From: Podarcis vaucheri
Taxonomy: Eukaryota
NCBI GenBank assembly: GCA_965113315.1
Contig: OZ220365.1
Length of the DNA: 64,000 bases
Reading direction: 5' to 3' (one strand)
Shown here: piece after piece, positions 22,859-34,849 of the stretch
Layout: each line of letters opens with the position of its first letter
Position numbering within the stretch: the stretch's first letter is position 1
Notes under the pieces: generated by a model
Databases searched by the model: none
Seen by the model: only the letters and a program-made list of their open reading frames with translations
What the model was told of the DNA's origin: nothing
Made by a program: the position numbers and the translations under genes

Positions 22859-24660
22859 GTAAAAATTCTAAGTGCTGATTCTAACTGATGTTCTCACTTT
22901 TGGTAAAAACAGGGTGTTTGGAAGAATTTATTGCCACCCTCTTCTTACATATTAAGTTCAAACTTTGTTAAGCTGTCACTTGTGTTTGACATAATTTTTA
23001 TGTATTATTAGTATCCTGACTTTGGGGGTCACACATTCTTACCATGTGACTTAAAAGTAACATTAAATTCATAAAAAATACAATAAACAATATCAACATA
23101 GAAAAAATAATCAAGATCCTTCCCACAGGGAAGTTGGTGATAGAAAGGCCTAAGACAGGGAGGTAATAGTCTTTCCTGAATCCTTTCCACTGGTCCAGGA
23201 GTGGAGGGAATGATTTTAAGAGGTGGCTGGTGTTAGAATAATCTGATGACATTCTGCAGAGTAGAAAAAAACCAGAATGTTTATGCACAACAGTTATCAG
23301 GTAGTTTCTGAAGGACCATGAATGTTGATTATTTCATGGAGTTTGTAATTTTAATTTCAAATAGCTTTCTGTGTGGTCCAGTTTTGAAAAACTTACATAA
23401 ATTGAATTAATAGAAATTGCTAAAAACACAACACCCATAATATAATGTTGATTTTTTTTCTCCCCTTCAGCCTGAGGAAGTGCATAAAGAGAGAAGTCTA
23501 TGTGGTGCTGAATATGATTCATTCCTGTTTTTTTTTCTGTCTTAAATAATGCTATGATTACCTTTTGACTTGCTATGATTACCTTTTGACTTGAAATTCT
23601 CTACCTCAGGCAGATTTTTATGCTCCTGCAATAGCCTTATTTTCTTTAATAAACATTTTAAAAAGGGAAGAAATCATTGTGGCATTTTCTGGTTTGATGA
23701 AAAGAATCTGATAATTATTCGGGAAGGAGACATGCATGTTTTTTCTTGTTGATCACAAGTGTGGAGTGACACAGTCTCTGCAAAAATGACAGGAAAACCC
23801 CCAAGAAAATTGAGTGGGAATGCAATTCTAATTTGGGTTGCCTTCCAAAACCTAACAGCCTGCTTGCATCAGGATGGATTTTCCCTTCTGCTACTCATTA
23901 ACTTGGAAACTATGAGGGAGAAATTTCCTAGCTCTTCTGAAAGTGAAACACTATGGAAAACACTGGATATGTGATCTCCTTAAGTCTGCTTTGCCGACTA
24001 GACCCTGCTTGTAGGCTTCCCACAGACAGAATGCTAGACTAGATGGGCTTCATCCCAGCATAGCTGCTCTTATAATCATATAAAGACAAATCAGTTGTTA
24101 GAGCTCACAGCCCATTATTTGTGGGAGCAAGCAGATCAGTGGAAGAGGAGGGGGATGTCTATATAATGCCAAAACATTCTTTATGATTCTCAAAGAAGGG
24201 AGCTAGAGGATATGAGCACACAACATTAAACATAATGCTTTTCTTCACTGACTGACAAACATTTTTGGAAGAAAAAACTACAGTATCTTGATTGGAATAC
24301 AAGGGTCTTATGTTGGTACTCTGGTCTCCTGATCCAGTCAGTTCTTACAATAGGTTGGAAGAGCAATTTATGTTTCCCCTGCAACTCTTTACAACTCGTT
24401 TAGGGAGGCTTTCCTAGGGATGTGGACTTCTAAATAGTTTTATCACGTATATTATACTCTAGGGGATCAAAGAGTCAAACAGCATGACATAATAGACACC
24501 ATTTCTCATGTATGTTAAATGCAATAGCAGAGTCAGTAATTCAAGATTTGAGACAGACCAGATTCTTCTGCTGCAAGCTTTCTTCATTGACAGCTTAGAA
24601 CCTTAGAACCTGAGCACTTGTGTTTTGCCACAATATAGAGTGCATCATATAAAGTAGTTG

Positions 24661-24810
24661 CAGGTAGGTAGCCGTGTTGGTCTGCCATAGTCAAAACCAA
24701 ACAAAATAAATAAATAAATTCCTTCCAGTAGCACCTTAGAGACCAACTAGGTTGGTTATTGGTATGAGCTTTCGTCTATCTGAAGAAGTGTGTGTTTATT
24801 TTATTTCGTT
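24661..24810. mobile_element. Penelope-like element terminal relic with an inverted junction
   Basis: ccttccagtagcaccttagagaccaacta...ggtatgagctttcgt is the reverse complement of the 41420-41477 element and is directly followed by forward tatctgaagaagtgtg. Confidence 0.7.
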
Positions 24811-25222
24811 TCATATAGAGAGAGTATGCAAAGTGCCTGGCTTTTTCAAAGACTTTTAAGTGTTTTTGAGAATTTACAAATTCATTGGGAGTTGCTGGGT
24901 ATTTTGTAGTTAAGTATTTTGTACTTAAGTATGCATACTGCACACATGCACCGTGTACTCCATGGGGTGTCATCCCTTGATTGCTTAGTACCTGCAACCT
25001 TGGCAACATGCTTGAGTCTCGTTGGAAGTTCTTTCCTATTTACTGAACAACATCTGAGTCGGCAGTGCCTCCTCACTGAAATGGTGGAATTATCCTGGGC
25101 ATTGATAAGCAGGTGATACATAGTTACATATATGTATATTTTGTGTGGTTTCTACTAAAGGCTAGTTTTGAGGCACTGGCTGTCATTCCACAGTTAGTAA
25201 TATTTCATTTTTTCCAATTTAG

Positions 25223-25423
25223 GATTTAAAAACTAATGACAAACCTGGGTGCAGGAGCCCCAAGTCTACAGAACCTCATTTTCAGCCATCCAAACAGCAT
25301 TCCCAGGAAACCAATATTTATGACTATTATGACACGGGAAACCACTGGTGCAAGGACTGCAATACCATCTGTGGGACCATGTTTGATTTCTTCACACATA
25401 TGCATAATAAGAAGCACAGGCAG
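25223..25423 (+). CDS. ZNF318: ZNF318 exon 7 (matrin/U1-type zinc finger 1)
   Basis: tttAG|GAT TTA...AGG CAG|GTgtgt; YDYYDTGNHWCKDCNTICGTMFDFFTHMHNKKH. Confidence 0.95.
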
Positions 25424-25864
25424 GTGTGTGCTATCAGGTTTTCATTAAGTAGTTTTAATTTGCTCTTCCAAGTTGTAAAATAATGTTTTGTAGAAAGCAA
25501 AGAACTACATGCCAATCAACTTTCCTTTTAGAAAATACAGTTTGGAATAAGTTTTTATTCCTAATCTTTTTGGTATGGTTTGTCACTTACTATATTTTTC
25601 CACGTATAAGACGCCCTCTGTTTTTCTGAACCCAAAATTAAGATACCAATATTTTAAACATCAAACAGAACAACTTTTATATTTTCTTACATATTCAATG
25701 TCTGAGGGTAACTATTTGAATCCCAGCTTCATTTTGAGTGTCAATATGTGAGACAGTTCAGTACATGCCCACTTGGTATGTATAGTTCTGTTTTTCCTCA
25801 GTGCTTTTAGCATTTGGCAGGAAAGCAGACCTCATTTTAATATTTCTTTTGTCATTGTAAATAG

Positions 25865-25964
25865 ACCTTGGATCCATATAACAGACCTTGGGATTTGAAG
25901 ACTCAAACTGAAACAAAGCAAGACCTTACAAAACGCATTGACAAGATACCAGTTCCTGCTAAAG
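25865..25964 (+). CDS. ZNF318: ZNF318 exon 8
   Basis: aatAG|ACC TTG GAT CCA TAT...AAA G|GTaagt; TLDPYNRPWDLKTQTETKQDLTKRIDKIPVPAK. Confidence 0.93.
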
Positions 25965-26382
25965 GTAAGTTGCTTTTTATAGTTTAAGTGGTGTTTAGGA
26001 GGGCCAGATTGTTCACCTTACTGCCAAGAAATGTTTTGTCTTATTAGTGTCAACAAAAGACTGTCACTTCCAAGTAAATGTCTGACAGCTATTTTGTTTG
26101 CATGAATTGCTCTGTTACTGAATTGGTGGGGGATTGAAATGCAACATAAATTTGTATTTGAATGATAAACAAAGTATACAGTGATAAGAATTGTTGAACA
26201 AGTGTAGGTTTCCATTCTTCAGATCAGTTTGTTTCAAGTGGAATCCATGGTTAACTGGCTCATTTCAATTGTAGGGCTTTTTTGTGTACTTTTAGTGTTT
26301 TGTTTGGATTTTTTGTTGTTCAGATCTGTAGTGTGTCTTATTATCTTATTTCTGTAATTGATTGTTTTGGGTGGCATTTCAG

Positions 26383-26501
26383 GTTCTGAATTTCTAATCC
26401 CGGTCACTGGATATTACTGTCAGCTGTGCCAAGAATTTTTTGGAGATCAGATATCAGCAGAACAACATGTGAAAAATAATCCGCATAACGAGAAATATAA
26501 G
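26383..26501 (+). CDS. ZNF318: ZNF318 exon 9 (matrin/U1-type zinc finger 2)
   Basis: ttcAG|GT TCT GAA TTT...TAT AAG|GTacc; GSEFLIPVTGYYCQLCQEFFGDQISAEQHVKNNPHNEKYK. Confidence 0.95.
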
Positions 26502-26828
26502 GTACCTGGAGTATTTGTTTTGAATAAAAATGTTTAAAAGTCATCTTATTGAAGTCTTAAAGTCTTCCGTTGTAAAAGGGAGGAGAAGCTATAGCTAAGT
26601 GGCATGACATATACTTAATATGCAAAAGCTTCTGAATTCTGTCCCTGGCATCTCCAGGTAGAGCTGGGAAGGACTTTTAATCTTTCTGAGTCACTGTAGA
26701 TAATATTGTTGGACTGTGTTCTCAGTTGACACTCAGTTGAAATTTTACTGTACTAGATTTGTTTTATGCTGCAGTTTTGTCACCTCATTGGAATAAAGCT
26801 TTTCTCATATTACTTTATATATAAAAGT

Positions 26829-26948
26829 GTAGAGTTGGAAGGGACAACAAGGGCCATCTAGTTCAGCCCCCTGCAACGCAGGAATCTTTTGCCCAGTGGG
26901 GCTCGAACCTATGAACCTGAGAGTGTCTCATGCTATACCAACTGAGCT
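26829..26948 (-). mobile_element. tRNA-derived SINE with CR1-like 3' tail
   Basis: Minus strand: AGCTCAGTTGGTATAGCA (A box)...GGTTCGAGCCCC (B box), then ctagatggcccttgttgtcccttccaactcta; second copy at about 45767-45885. Confidence 0.75.
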
Positions 26949-27141
26949 TTGCTAATGTAGATATTCTGAATAATAATTGTCTAGGAAAACCACTCTTTCT
27001 CCTCCCTCTTGCATTTCTAAGCAAGTACAATTAGTAGTGGGGTGGTGATGTGGAAGATAAAATATTAAGGAAGACAAACCTGTACCACTACTGAAATTTC
27101 ACATTAAGTAACAGCGCTGAAACTTTTCCTTGTCCTCACAG

Positions 27142-30100
27142 AAATATGTGGATGAAAATCCACTCTATGAAGAGAGAAGGAACATTGACCGTCAGGCAGG
27201 ATTGTCTGTGATTCAAGAAACAGAACGCCGGTTGAAACGGAAGCTGTGTGAAAAGCAAAAAGAAGAGAGAGATGAAAAAGCAGTGAAAGTGGCAAGGAAA
27301 GAGGAACGAAAAAGTAAAGAGGAACCAAAGAATTCCAAAGAACTAGGAGATGGGGATAATGAAAATGAGTCTAATAAAAGGAAAGGAGTTTCTAATGGCC
27401 AGAAATGTGGGGTTAAGCTTAAATTGAAAAAAGATGACAAAGAGGTTGAAAAGAAGGAAGGGAAAAAAGAGGAACCACCAAAGGAGTCAAGAATGACATC
27501 TTTTGGAAAGTTCAGCTGGAGGAAGACTGAGAGAGATGAAAAAAATCAAGGCAAAGATGTAACTGCCTCTAAGGAGGAGAGCTTTGAGGAAAGTAAAGAT
27601 AAAGAAAGCAAGTCACAATCTGGAAAACCAAATTCAAAGCCAATTGCAATTAAATTGTCTGGGAAAACTGTTATCCCACACACTAGTCCCTGGACACCAG
27701 TTGTTTCGACATCATCACAAGCAAAAATCAGGCCCAATTTACCAGCCCCCATGATGGTTCTCAGAAAGTCTGCAACAGCAACAGTAAGCAAGCCTGCACC
27801 TTTGAATACTTTCTTGTCCATAAAATCCTCTGGTGCCAGCACCAAGCCACTTCCTGTTGTAAAAGAGGGTAATCCGGAACTTGTTCTACCTCCTGATATT
27901 ATTTCGAAAGCATTTGGGGGAGAAGTAGTAGTTTTAAAGGGTTCACAGGAGAATGCAACGGTACCAGAACAAACAGAGGAACCTGATCATGAAGCTGTGT
28001 CCCGGGCTGTAGAACATGCAAAAGCTGCGGAACATGCAAAGGCGACTGCAGCAATAGCACAGGAACAAGAAGCAAAGGCACAGGAGCAAGCAAATGTTGT
28101 GGCAAAAGCACAAGCAAAGGCACGGGAACTTGCTGCTGTGATAAAGGAGCAAATTACAAGATTGGGTATTTTTGAGAGACCTAATCGACGGCGTCCTCTA
28201 CTTCCACTGCCATCAGGACCACCACTGTCAGTAGCACTGCCAGTACCACCAGCAATGGCATTCCCACCTCCGCCCGCAGTGCCACCCAAACAAGCAACCA
28301 TCCTTGCAGATGACATGGCTCCTGGTGTGTCTGAGGATGATAAAAACATACTGGCAGTGCCCATGTGTCCCCATCCTTTGCCACCACCAACTATTTTCAG
28401 AGACCATGTTAAAAAACTGGAGAAAAAGAACTCTTGCCTAGCAGCAGGTAATGCCAAAGATCTATATGATATTTTCTACAACCGCAGTGGGAGGAGTCCA
28501 GCTGATAGCAAGTCTGTGAACTCTGCAACATCAGATAAAATTAAATCAAATCCTGTTGAGAGACAGAAAAAAACAGACCAGCTGGCAGATCCCAAACCAA
28601 GCAGCAAGCCTGTCACACAAGAAACTCTACAAAACATACACAGTACCTCAGATGTTAGCAAAATCCCTTTAAATGACAAGACCCCAGAAACAGATGATGC
28701 TGAAGTTGAGAAACTTTTGGCAGCCTATGAAGAAAACTTTAAAACTGGTGTTGAGAGGGAATCAAAGAAAATCTCTCTTTCAGATGCACAGTCAATATTA
28801 AAATATGAATCTAGTGATTTTTCAGTAAATGCCCCTGAGACAACAGATTTTAAATCTGATGATGATAAAGAATTAGCAGTGCAGTTGTCAGTAGATTGTG
28901 TTTCTCTTTTAGAAGATGTTAGCAAGAAACCATCTGAACTTGAAACAATAGAGTTAGCTATGCAGTTGCCAGAAAGCAATGCTTCTCCTTTGGAAGAACT
29001 CTACAAGAATTCCTCAGTATGTGAGGCAGCAGAGGTTAAATCTCATGATGATAATGAATTAACAATGCAGTTATCCCTGAAACCTGGTACTAAGAAGCCA
29101 TCGGAGCTGGGGACAGCAGAATTTGTGCTGCAGTTGCCAGAAAGCAGTGTTCCTTCTTTGGATGACTTTAGCAACAAACCCGCTGATCTTGTGACAACAA
29201 ATTATAAATCTGATGAAGATAAAGAATTGGCAATGAAATTGTCAGCAAACCATGTTGATCTCTTAGAAGATGTTAGCAAGAAGCCATCAGAGCTGGAGAC
29301 TGCAGAATTAGCCATGCAGTTGCCAGAAAGCAATGCTTCTCCTTTGGAAGAACTTCACAAGAATCCATCTGTGTGTGAGGAAGCAGTGTTTAAATCTCTT
29401 GATGATAAAGAATCAGCAATGCAGTTGTCACAGGAACATGATAATAAGAAGTCATCAGAACTGGAGACAGCAGAATTTGCTATGCGGTTGCCAGAGAGCA
29501 GTGTTCCTCCTTTGGATGATGTTACCAACAAGCCCACAGGCCTTAAGACAACAGATGTTAAATCTCCCGACGATAAAGAACTAACAGTGCAGTTGTCAGA
29601 AAGCAGTGTTTTTCCTTTGGATGATTTTAGCAACAAACCTGCAGACTTTGAGACAACAGACTTTAAATTTCCAGATGATAAGGAATTAGGCTTACATATG
29701 TCAGAAGACTATGTTGCTCTTTTAAAAGAGCACGATGTTAGCAAGAAACGACCTGAATTTAAGACAGCAGGATTAGCCATGCAGTTGCCAGAAAGCAATG
29801 CTTCTTTGGAAGAATTTTGCCAGAATTCATTGGAGTGCAGGGCAGCAGAGTATAAATCTCCTGATGATAAAGAATTAGCCCGGCAATTGTCAGAAGACCA
29901 AGAGGCTCTTCTAAAAGATGTTAGCAATAAACCTCTGGGGCATGAGATGGCAGAGTTTAAATTTCCTGGTAAGAAAGAGTTTATAATGCAAATGGCAGAA
30001 AATGAGACTGACTTTACTGCTGAAGATCTTGGTGTGGCAAGTGGCACAGACATCAGCGACGAGTTACAAGACCAGCAGAAAATGGATAAATCCAAATTAA

Positions 30101-31872
30101 ACAAGATCAGTAAAAGTTTGGAGATGAAAGCATATTTGACAAGTTTAGGTGAGAGAGACGTAGGAGGAGAACATACAGAATTTGCAGGACATCAGTTTGT
30201 TGTTAGTCAGGAGCATGAGTCTCAGTTATTTGAAACACAAATTGATACCCCTAAGGGAGAAGGCCATACTATAACAGAAGATAAGCAACTTGATGACAGC
30301 TCTGAATCAACAATTTCTATGTGGGTTTCAGAGGTGCGTGTTCAGAGTCCACTGGCATGGGAGTCAGCCTCAACTTCAAAAGTGAATAAGAAAAATCCTC
30401 AAATAGCAATGATAGATCAGAGTTCCAATAAAGAACCATTATTGGATCTAAAATGGGGCAATGTGGGCCTTGATAGGCTTGAATCAGCAGTCAGTGATGA
30501 AAGTCCGCAGACTTCAGAGGTCCAGAACATAGATCCTGGATTGAAGCCTTTAAATGCAGATGAATTTAATAATTCCTGTATAAATAATGAACAAAAATTG
30601 TTGACTAGTTCTCAACCAAACGATGATGAAAATTGTAATGTAGTTGGTGTTCCAGTATCAGAAGAGATGTCAAATGAGTGCCTTGTTAACGTAACAATGA
30701 TAAGCAGTACACTAGGGAAACATGAAGAAATTAGTCAACATCCATTAAGCTGTGAAACCAAGGATTCCCAAGCTAAGGGAGCTGAAACTTTGGGCAGTAT
30801 GTCTTCTGCAAATGATGAACTTCATTCCAGTGCAGAATTAATGTTTATAAAAAATAATGGGTGTGGGCCTTCTGAATCTGATCTCAGTTTAAATGACAAT
30901 GCAGAGAGAGGTTCTGTAGAAACATATAGCACTCACTTTTCCAGTGTTCAGCCAGAGATGGTTCAAGAACCACTAGGTGCTCTTCCAACAGAAATCAGTG
31001 TTGAGCATCTTGGAGAGGTAGCCCTTACATTCACAGAAATGAACACTGGGATCTTGGATACCTCAGCAGCTGGTGACTTGGACTTGAATAGCACTTATTC
31101 AGAACTTAACTTTGATCATTCTACAACCCCTTCTCCAAAGTCTGGAGAAATAAAGCCTAATGATTCTCCTAGATTGAAACCAAGCCTGGAAATAGAAACC
31201 ATTAATTTTAGTCTGGGAGATATTGAGGTAGAACGTGAACATCTGGGCATCCTACCATCTGAAATTCTGAATGAGGATATTGTAGGGAGTCCAAAGTTAG
31301 AAACCATTTCATCCATTTCTTTAGGGTCCAACAAAACTAGAGAATTGGGCATTGAGCAACCTACAATTGAACCAGAAATGATTGCTTTTGTTGAGTTAGC
31401 ATCTGGTGAGGAAGAGGATAAATTTTGCTCCTTGGTTTCTGATGTAATTGTCCCAGACATAGTGTCTCATGCATCAAATGGTAGCACTGCTGGACCAAGA
31501 ATGTCACTCATCGAAATGCAGGACATGCCTCCAATTTCCATGGTATTGCAATCAGATGTTAGCAGAGACAGCACTTCTGATATGCCACCATTAAGTAGCG
31601 ACGAAAAAAATGTACAATGCCAAGCAACTGAGTGCAAGGAATCCTTCCTTCTAGATCTACAGAAAACATCTGTAGAAGTGGGGGGCTCAGGTGACAACGA
31701 ATTGTACATTGTCAAGAATGAGATGCAGGCATCTGCAAGGGAGTTAAACAAGACAGATGAAGTGGAAAATAATGATAGTAGATATGAGATTAACAGTAAG
31801 TTGACTTCAGAAGTAACTGAAAGCTCTGCAGAGTACCTGGTAAGTTCAGATAATATTGATCCTGATGTTTGA
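27142..31872 (+). CDS. ZNF318: ZNF318 exon 10 (long terminal coding exon)
   Basis: cctcacAG|AAA TAT GTG; KYVDENPLYEERRNIDRQAGL, FGKFSWRK, IKLSGKTVIPHTSPW, AGNAKDLYDIFY; TGA at 31870-31872. Confidence 0.95.
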   Translation, partial: KYVDENPLYEERRNIDRQAGLSVIQETERRLKRKLCEKQKEERDEKAVKVARKEERKSKEEPKNSKELGDGDNENESNKRKGVSNGQKCGVKLKLKKDDKEVEKKEGKKEEPPKESRMTSFGKFSWRKTERDEKNQGKDVTASKEESFEESKDKESKSQSGKPNSKPIAIKLSGKTVIPHTSPWTPVVSTSSQAKIRPNLPAPMMVLRKSATATVSKPAPLNTFLSIKSSGASTKPLPVVKEGNPELVLPPDIISKAFGGEVVVLKGSQENATVPEQTEEPDHEAVSRAVEHAKAAEHAKATAAIAQEQEAKAQEQANVVAKAQAKARELAAVIKEQITRLGIFERPNRRRPLLPLPSGPPLSVALPVPPAMAFPPPPAVPPKQATILADDMAPGVSEDDKNILAVPMCPHPLPPPTIFRDHVKKLEKKNSCLAAGNAKDLYDIFYNRSGRSPADSKSVNSATSDKIKSNPVERQKKTDQLADPKPSSKPVTQETLQNIHSTSDVSKIPLNDKTPETDDAEVEKLLAAYEENFKTGVERESKKISLSDAQSILKYESSDFSVNAPETTDFKSDDDKELAVQLSVDCVSLLEDVSKKPSELETIELAMQLPESNASPLEELYKNSSVCEAAEVKSHDDNELTMQLSLKPGTKKPSELGTAEFVLQLPESSVPSLDDFSNKPADLVTTNYKSDEDKELAMKLSANHVDLLEDVSKKPSELETAELAMQLPESNASPLEELHKNPSVCEEAVFKSLDDKESAMQLSQEHDNKKSSELETAEFAMRLPESSVPPLDDVTNKPTGLKTTDVKSPDDKELTVQLSESSVFPLDDFSNKPADFETTDFKFPDDKELGLHMSEDYVALLKEHDVSKKRPEFKTAGLAMQLPESNASLEEFCQNSLECRAAEYKSPDDKELARQLSEDQEALLKDVSNKPLGHEMAEFKFPGKKEFIMQMAENETDFTAEDLGVASGTDISDELQDQQKMDKSKLNKISKSLEMKAYLTSLGERDVGGEHTEFAGHQFVVSQEHESQLFETQIDTPKGEGHTITEDKQLDDSSESTISMWVSEVRVQSPLAWESASTSKVNKKNPQIAMIDQSSNKEPLLDLKWGNVGLDRLESAVSDESPQTSEVQNIDPGLKPLNADEFNNSCINNEQKLLTSSQPNDDENCNVVGVPVSEEMSNECLVNVTMISSTLGKHEEISQHPLSCETKDSQAKGAETLGSMSSANDELHSSAELMFIKNNGCGPSESDLSLNDNAERGSVETYSTHFSSVQPEMVQEPLGALPTEISVEHLGEVALTFTEMNTGILDTSAAGDLDLNSTYSELNFDHSTTPSPKSGEIKPNDSPRLKPSLEIETINFSLGDIEVEREHLGILPSEILNEDIVGSPKLETISSISLGSNKTRELGIEQPTIEPEMIAFVELASGEEEDKFCSLVSDVIVPDIVSHASNGSTAGPRMSLIEMQDMPPISMVLQSDVSRDSTSDMPPLSSDEKNVQCQATECKESFLLDLQKTSVEVGGSGDNELYIVKNEMQASARELNKTDEVENNDSRYEINSKLTSEVTESSAEYLVSSDNIDPDV
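28825..30010 (+). repeat. coding higher-order repeat array in ZNF318 exon 10 (354-nt / 118-aa period)
   Basis: agaagatgttagcaagaa at 28911 and 29265; recurring monomers KSxDDKELAxQLS and KKPSELETAELAMQLPES. Confidence 0.9.
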
Positions 31873-33190
31873 GTAGCTGTTGTGTAGATTTTGTAAATAT
31901 TCTGTTTGAGTTTGATATGTTAGATATTTTGAAGTAGATATTTGCTAAAGCCTGAACTTCATTTGCCCTGAAAAATATACACCATTGTACATATTGGATT
32001 GTATAAACATTTTTTTTGTTGAACTTAGAACATTTCATTTCTATTTCTTGCAGTTAAAATGCAATTACTCATCTATAACTGACCTTCACATATAATACAG
32101 AACCATGGTTTAGCATTATCAGAATGCGTAACAGTGAACCTTTAGCTTGTACACTTCATTTTACCTCTCCTGGTGTGACTGTGAGGAAATTGAACATTGC
32201 ATTAATCACAGTTTCACATGATGTCTGAAACACAAACTGTGGTTAATCTTAAGCTTCATAAATTATGATATGAAGTTGGCTTGTTTCCACCAACTATAGG
32301 ACTAGCTGCATTTTCTCTGGATATGGACAGCAAGACAAGCTAAGCTACAGTTGGTCTAAAATGGAAGTGAAAGTTTCCAAATGTCATGAGCTCACGGCTT
32401 GCTGCAGATTTTCCTTGTAATGCTTAAACAGTAGTTTGGCATTTTGTGGGAATGCAGCCAGTGTGTATGTGGGCCTCTGGAGGGTTGCTTGCTGTTGGGG
32501 CATATATGGGTTTTGTGGGGGGTTTTGCATTTTTCTTTGACTATTTTAATGGTTTCTGATTTACACAGCTTTTGTAAGTAACATTCCAAGTGCAACAGTG
32601 ACGAGCGCAAGAAAACCTGTTCAGAACTTGAAGAAAAAAGAAGGCTCTTGCTGAAACATTTGAGCAGAAAGTTTATTTGAAATGTTATGCATGTTTTGTT
32701 GCACAAAATGTAAAATGCATAAAGATTGTTCTGCAGTTTTGACTTGTAATTACGTTGTTGAATTGAATCTGTAATCCAGACTGTAATGCCATGTTACTGT
32801 GTGTGTGGATATCATCTCGCTGAGCAAAGAAGAAAAATCTACCAACTCACTTTTGGAGACGGAAACTATTTGGTAAGGCTGTGGCCCAACAACTGGACTC
32901 TGCATATTGAGGTCACTTACATGATTTGAAATCACATTTCATTTCATTGTATTGTAATGCAGTAACTGTTTGTGTTGAATTGTTTAGCAGCTGCCCAGCT
33001 CAGAAGAAATAGAAGATCTCAACTTTGCTCTCAGGATTGGATTCACTTCACATACCCAGACATTACATGCCTGAATGAACCCCTGAGCCGCAAAATACTG
33101 TTTTGTGAAGGTTTTTCACTTATTCAGCTTGTCAAGATATGAAGTAAACGTTTGCATGGATGTATATAAAAGGTTTATCTGTAAATCTAA

Positions 33191-33501
33191 AATAAACCCA
33201 ATATATCAAAGATATTGCCATTTTCCCCTTTGTTCTTTAAATAAGTGGCTCTACAAGTTGTTTTTTGTGAACATTCAGACAGCTGGTTCTTCAGTTAATT
33301 TCCCATTTTCACCACACTGGAAATTAAATCAAGGCATGAATTATGCAGCATTATGAGAAAACTTTGCTTAAATATTCAGCAGGTTAAACACGGTGTGTAA
33401 CTTATATTCTTTCAATTTTAAAAGAAAACAGTATGGCAAAAATGCTTTGAAAACTTCTGGTTTTTCCCCCCATTATGTTTTAAAAGATGTCCACAAATAA
33501 A
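33191..33501 (+). terminator. candidate ZNF318 polyadenylation signals (AATAAA at 33191 and 33496)
   Basis: AATAAA hexamers 1.3-1.6 kb after the stop in AT-rich UTR-like sequence; the second is followed by GT-rich sequence. Confidence 0.5.
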
Positions 33502-34849
33502 GTTAGTGTTTGTAAAGTGGGATATGAATGGACTGTTAAAAAACAGAAAAAGGGTTTATGCTAATTTAAAATGCAGTTGAATTAAGTAAATAAGTATTTA
33601 TGGTGGAAATACAATTACCTATCAGTTAATTCAGCCTGCACTGTTGCACTAGCACTTCTGTACTGACCCAGAACATTACACAGGAACAAAAGTAGGAATT
33701 GCTGCTAGCAACCACCATTACCAATATCAGAAGCAAGATAGCATAAAGGAAGAGGTGGGATTGTGGTTGCTTTGCTTGTCTGTATCCATAGGTTACTGAC
33801 AACTCGGAAGCCAACTCTGCTGCTATAGTTCTGTACTCTGTGTGATAGTATATATGAACAGGATTTCAGGTGGTGGGGCAGCAAAGACATGCTTCTTACT
33901 TTGCTTGGAATATCAACAGGTGCAGTAGAGGTCACACTGCTGTTGCAGCTGCACACATCTGTGGATTCGTGGTTTTGATCAAAGAAGTAAGTTTAGTAAA
34001 CATTTTCTGCCTCTCATAACTTATTCCAGTGAAATCCAATAAGCACTGGTTTCATCTGATATTTCTTCCAATTTTATCCTTCCTTCAAGGAGTTACAGGC
34101 TCTCTCTTCTGTCCATTTTATAATAATCAACAGTTCTATGAGGTATATTGAGCTACGAAATGGTGACTAGATTAAGGCTACCCAATGAGCTTCAGAGCTG
34201 AGGAGGTATCTCTTCCTCACTGGTGTTATCCAATGTCTTCCAGATGTTGGGTTACAGTTCCCATAATCCCTGGCCAAAAGCCATGCTTTCTGGGGCTGAT
34301 GGGAGTTTTAGTCCAACAGTATCTGGAAGGTGTACTACATTGGCCATCCCTGCATTACACCACAATCTCTTGTTATTTTCTTATCCATATTACCTACCAT
34401 GACTATGCTTTTCCCCTCACAAACTTGGATTGAAACTCCTACTTCATGTATAAGAATGCTCCAAAAGGAAAGGGGAAAAACCTTTTTTTAAATTCTAAAT
34501 GCCTTCATTTTACTGATAGAATTATAGTTTAAAAATGTAATGGGTAACTTAATTGATTTTAGTTCATGTTGAGAGAAGTTCTTTTAGTTCAGACAGTTCA
34601 ATGTGAAAATTGCATTACAGTAGAAAATGATACTGAATAGCAAGATGGTAAGAGTTTGCCTATGCACATGAATTGACAATGTGGTAAAACGGAAACAAAT
34701 TGTGATGACAAGGGATTGCCCTTATTAACAAAAATTAACTAATCACAGGGTCTGGGTGGCATCTACCTGGCATTTCTTAAAAGATTTCAAATGTTAAATT
34801 GCTGGTCTTTTATCAAAAATACAGTTCCTAAGATCAGACACACACTGAG

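Noticed and set aside
26890-26948. tRNA gene
   Set aside because: A and B boxes are present but the cloverleaf is incomplete and fused to a LINE-like tail; a second copy occurs at about 45.8 kb, so it is a SINE.
27213-31751. Multiple antisense ORFs within ZNF318 exon 10
   Set aside because: Codon-mirror shadows of the long sense ORF.
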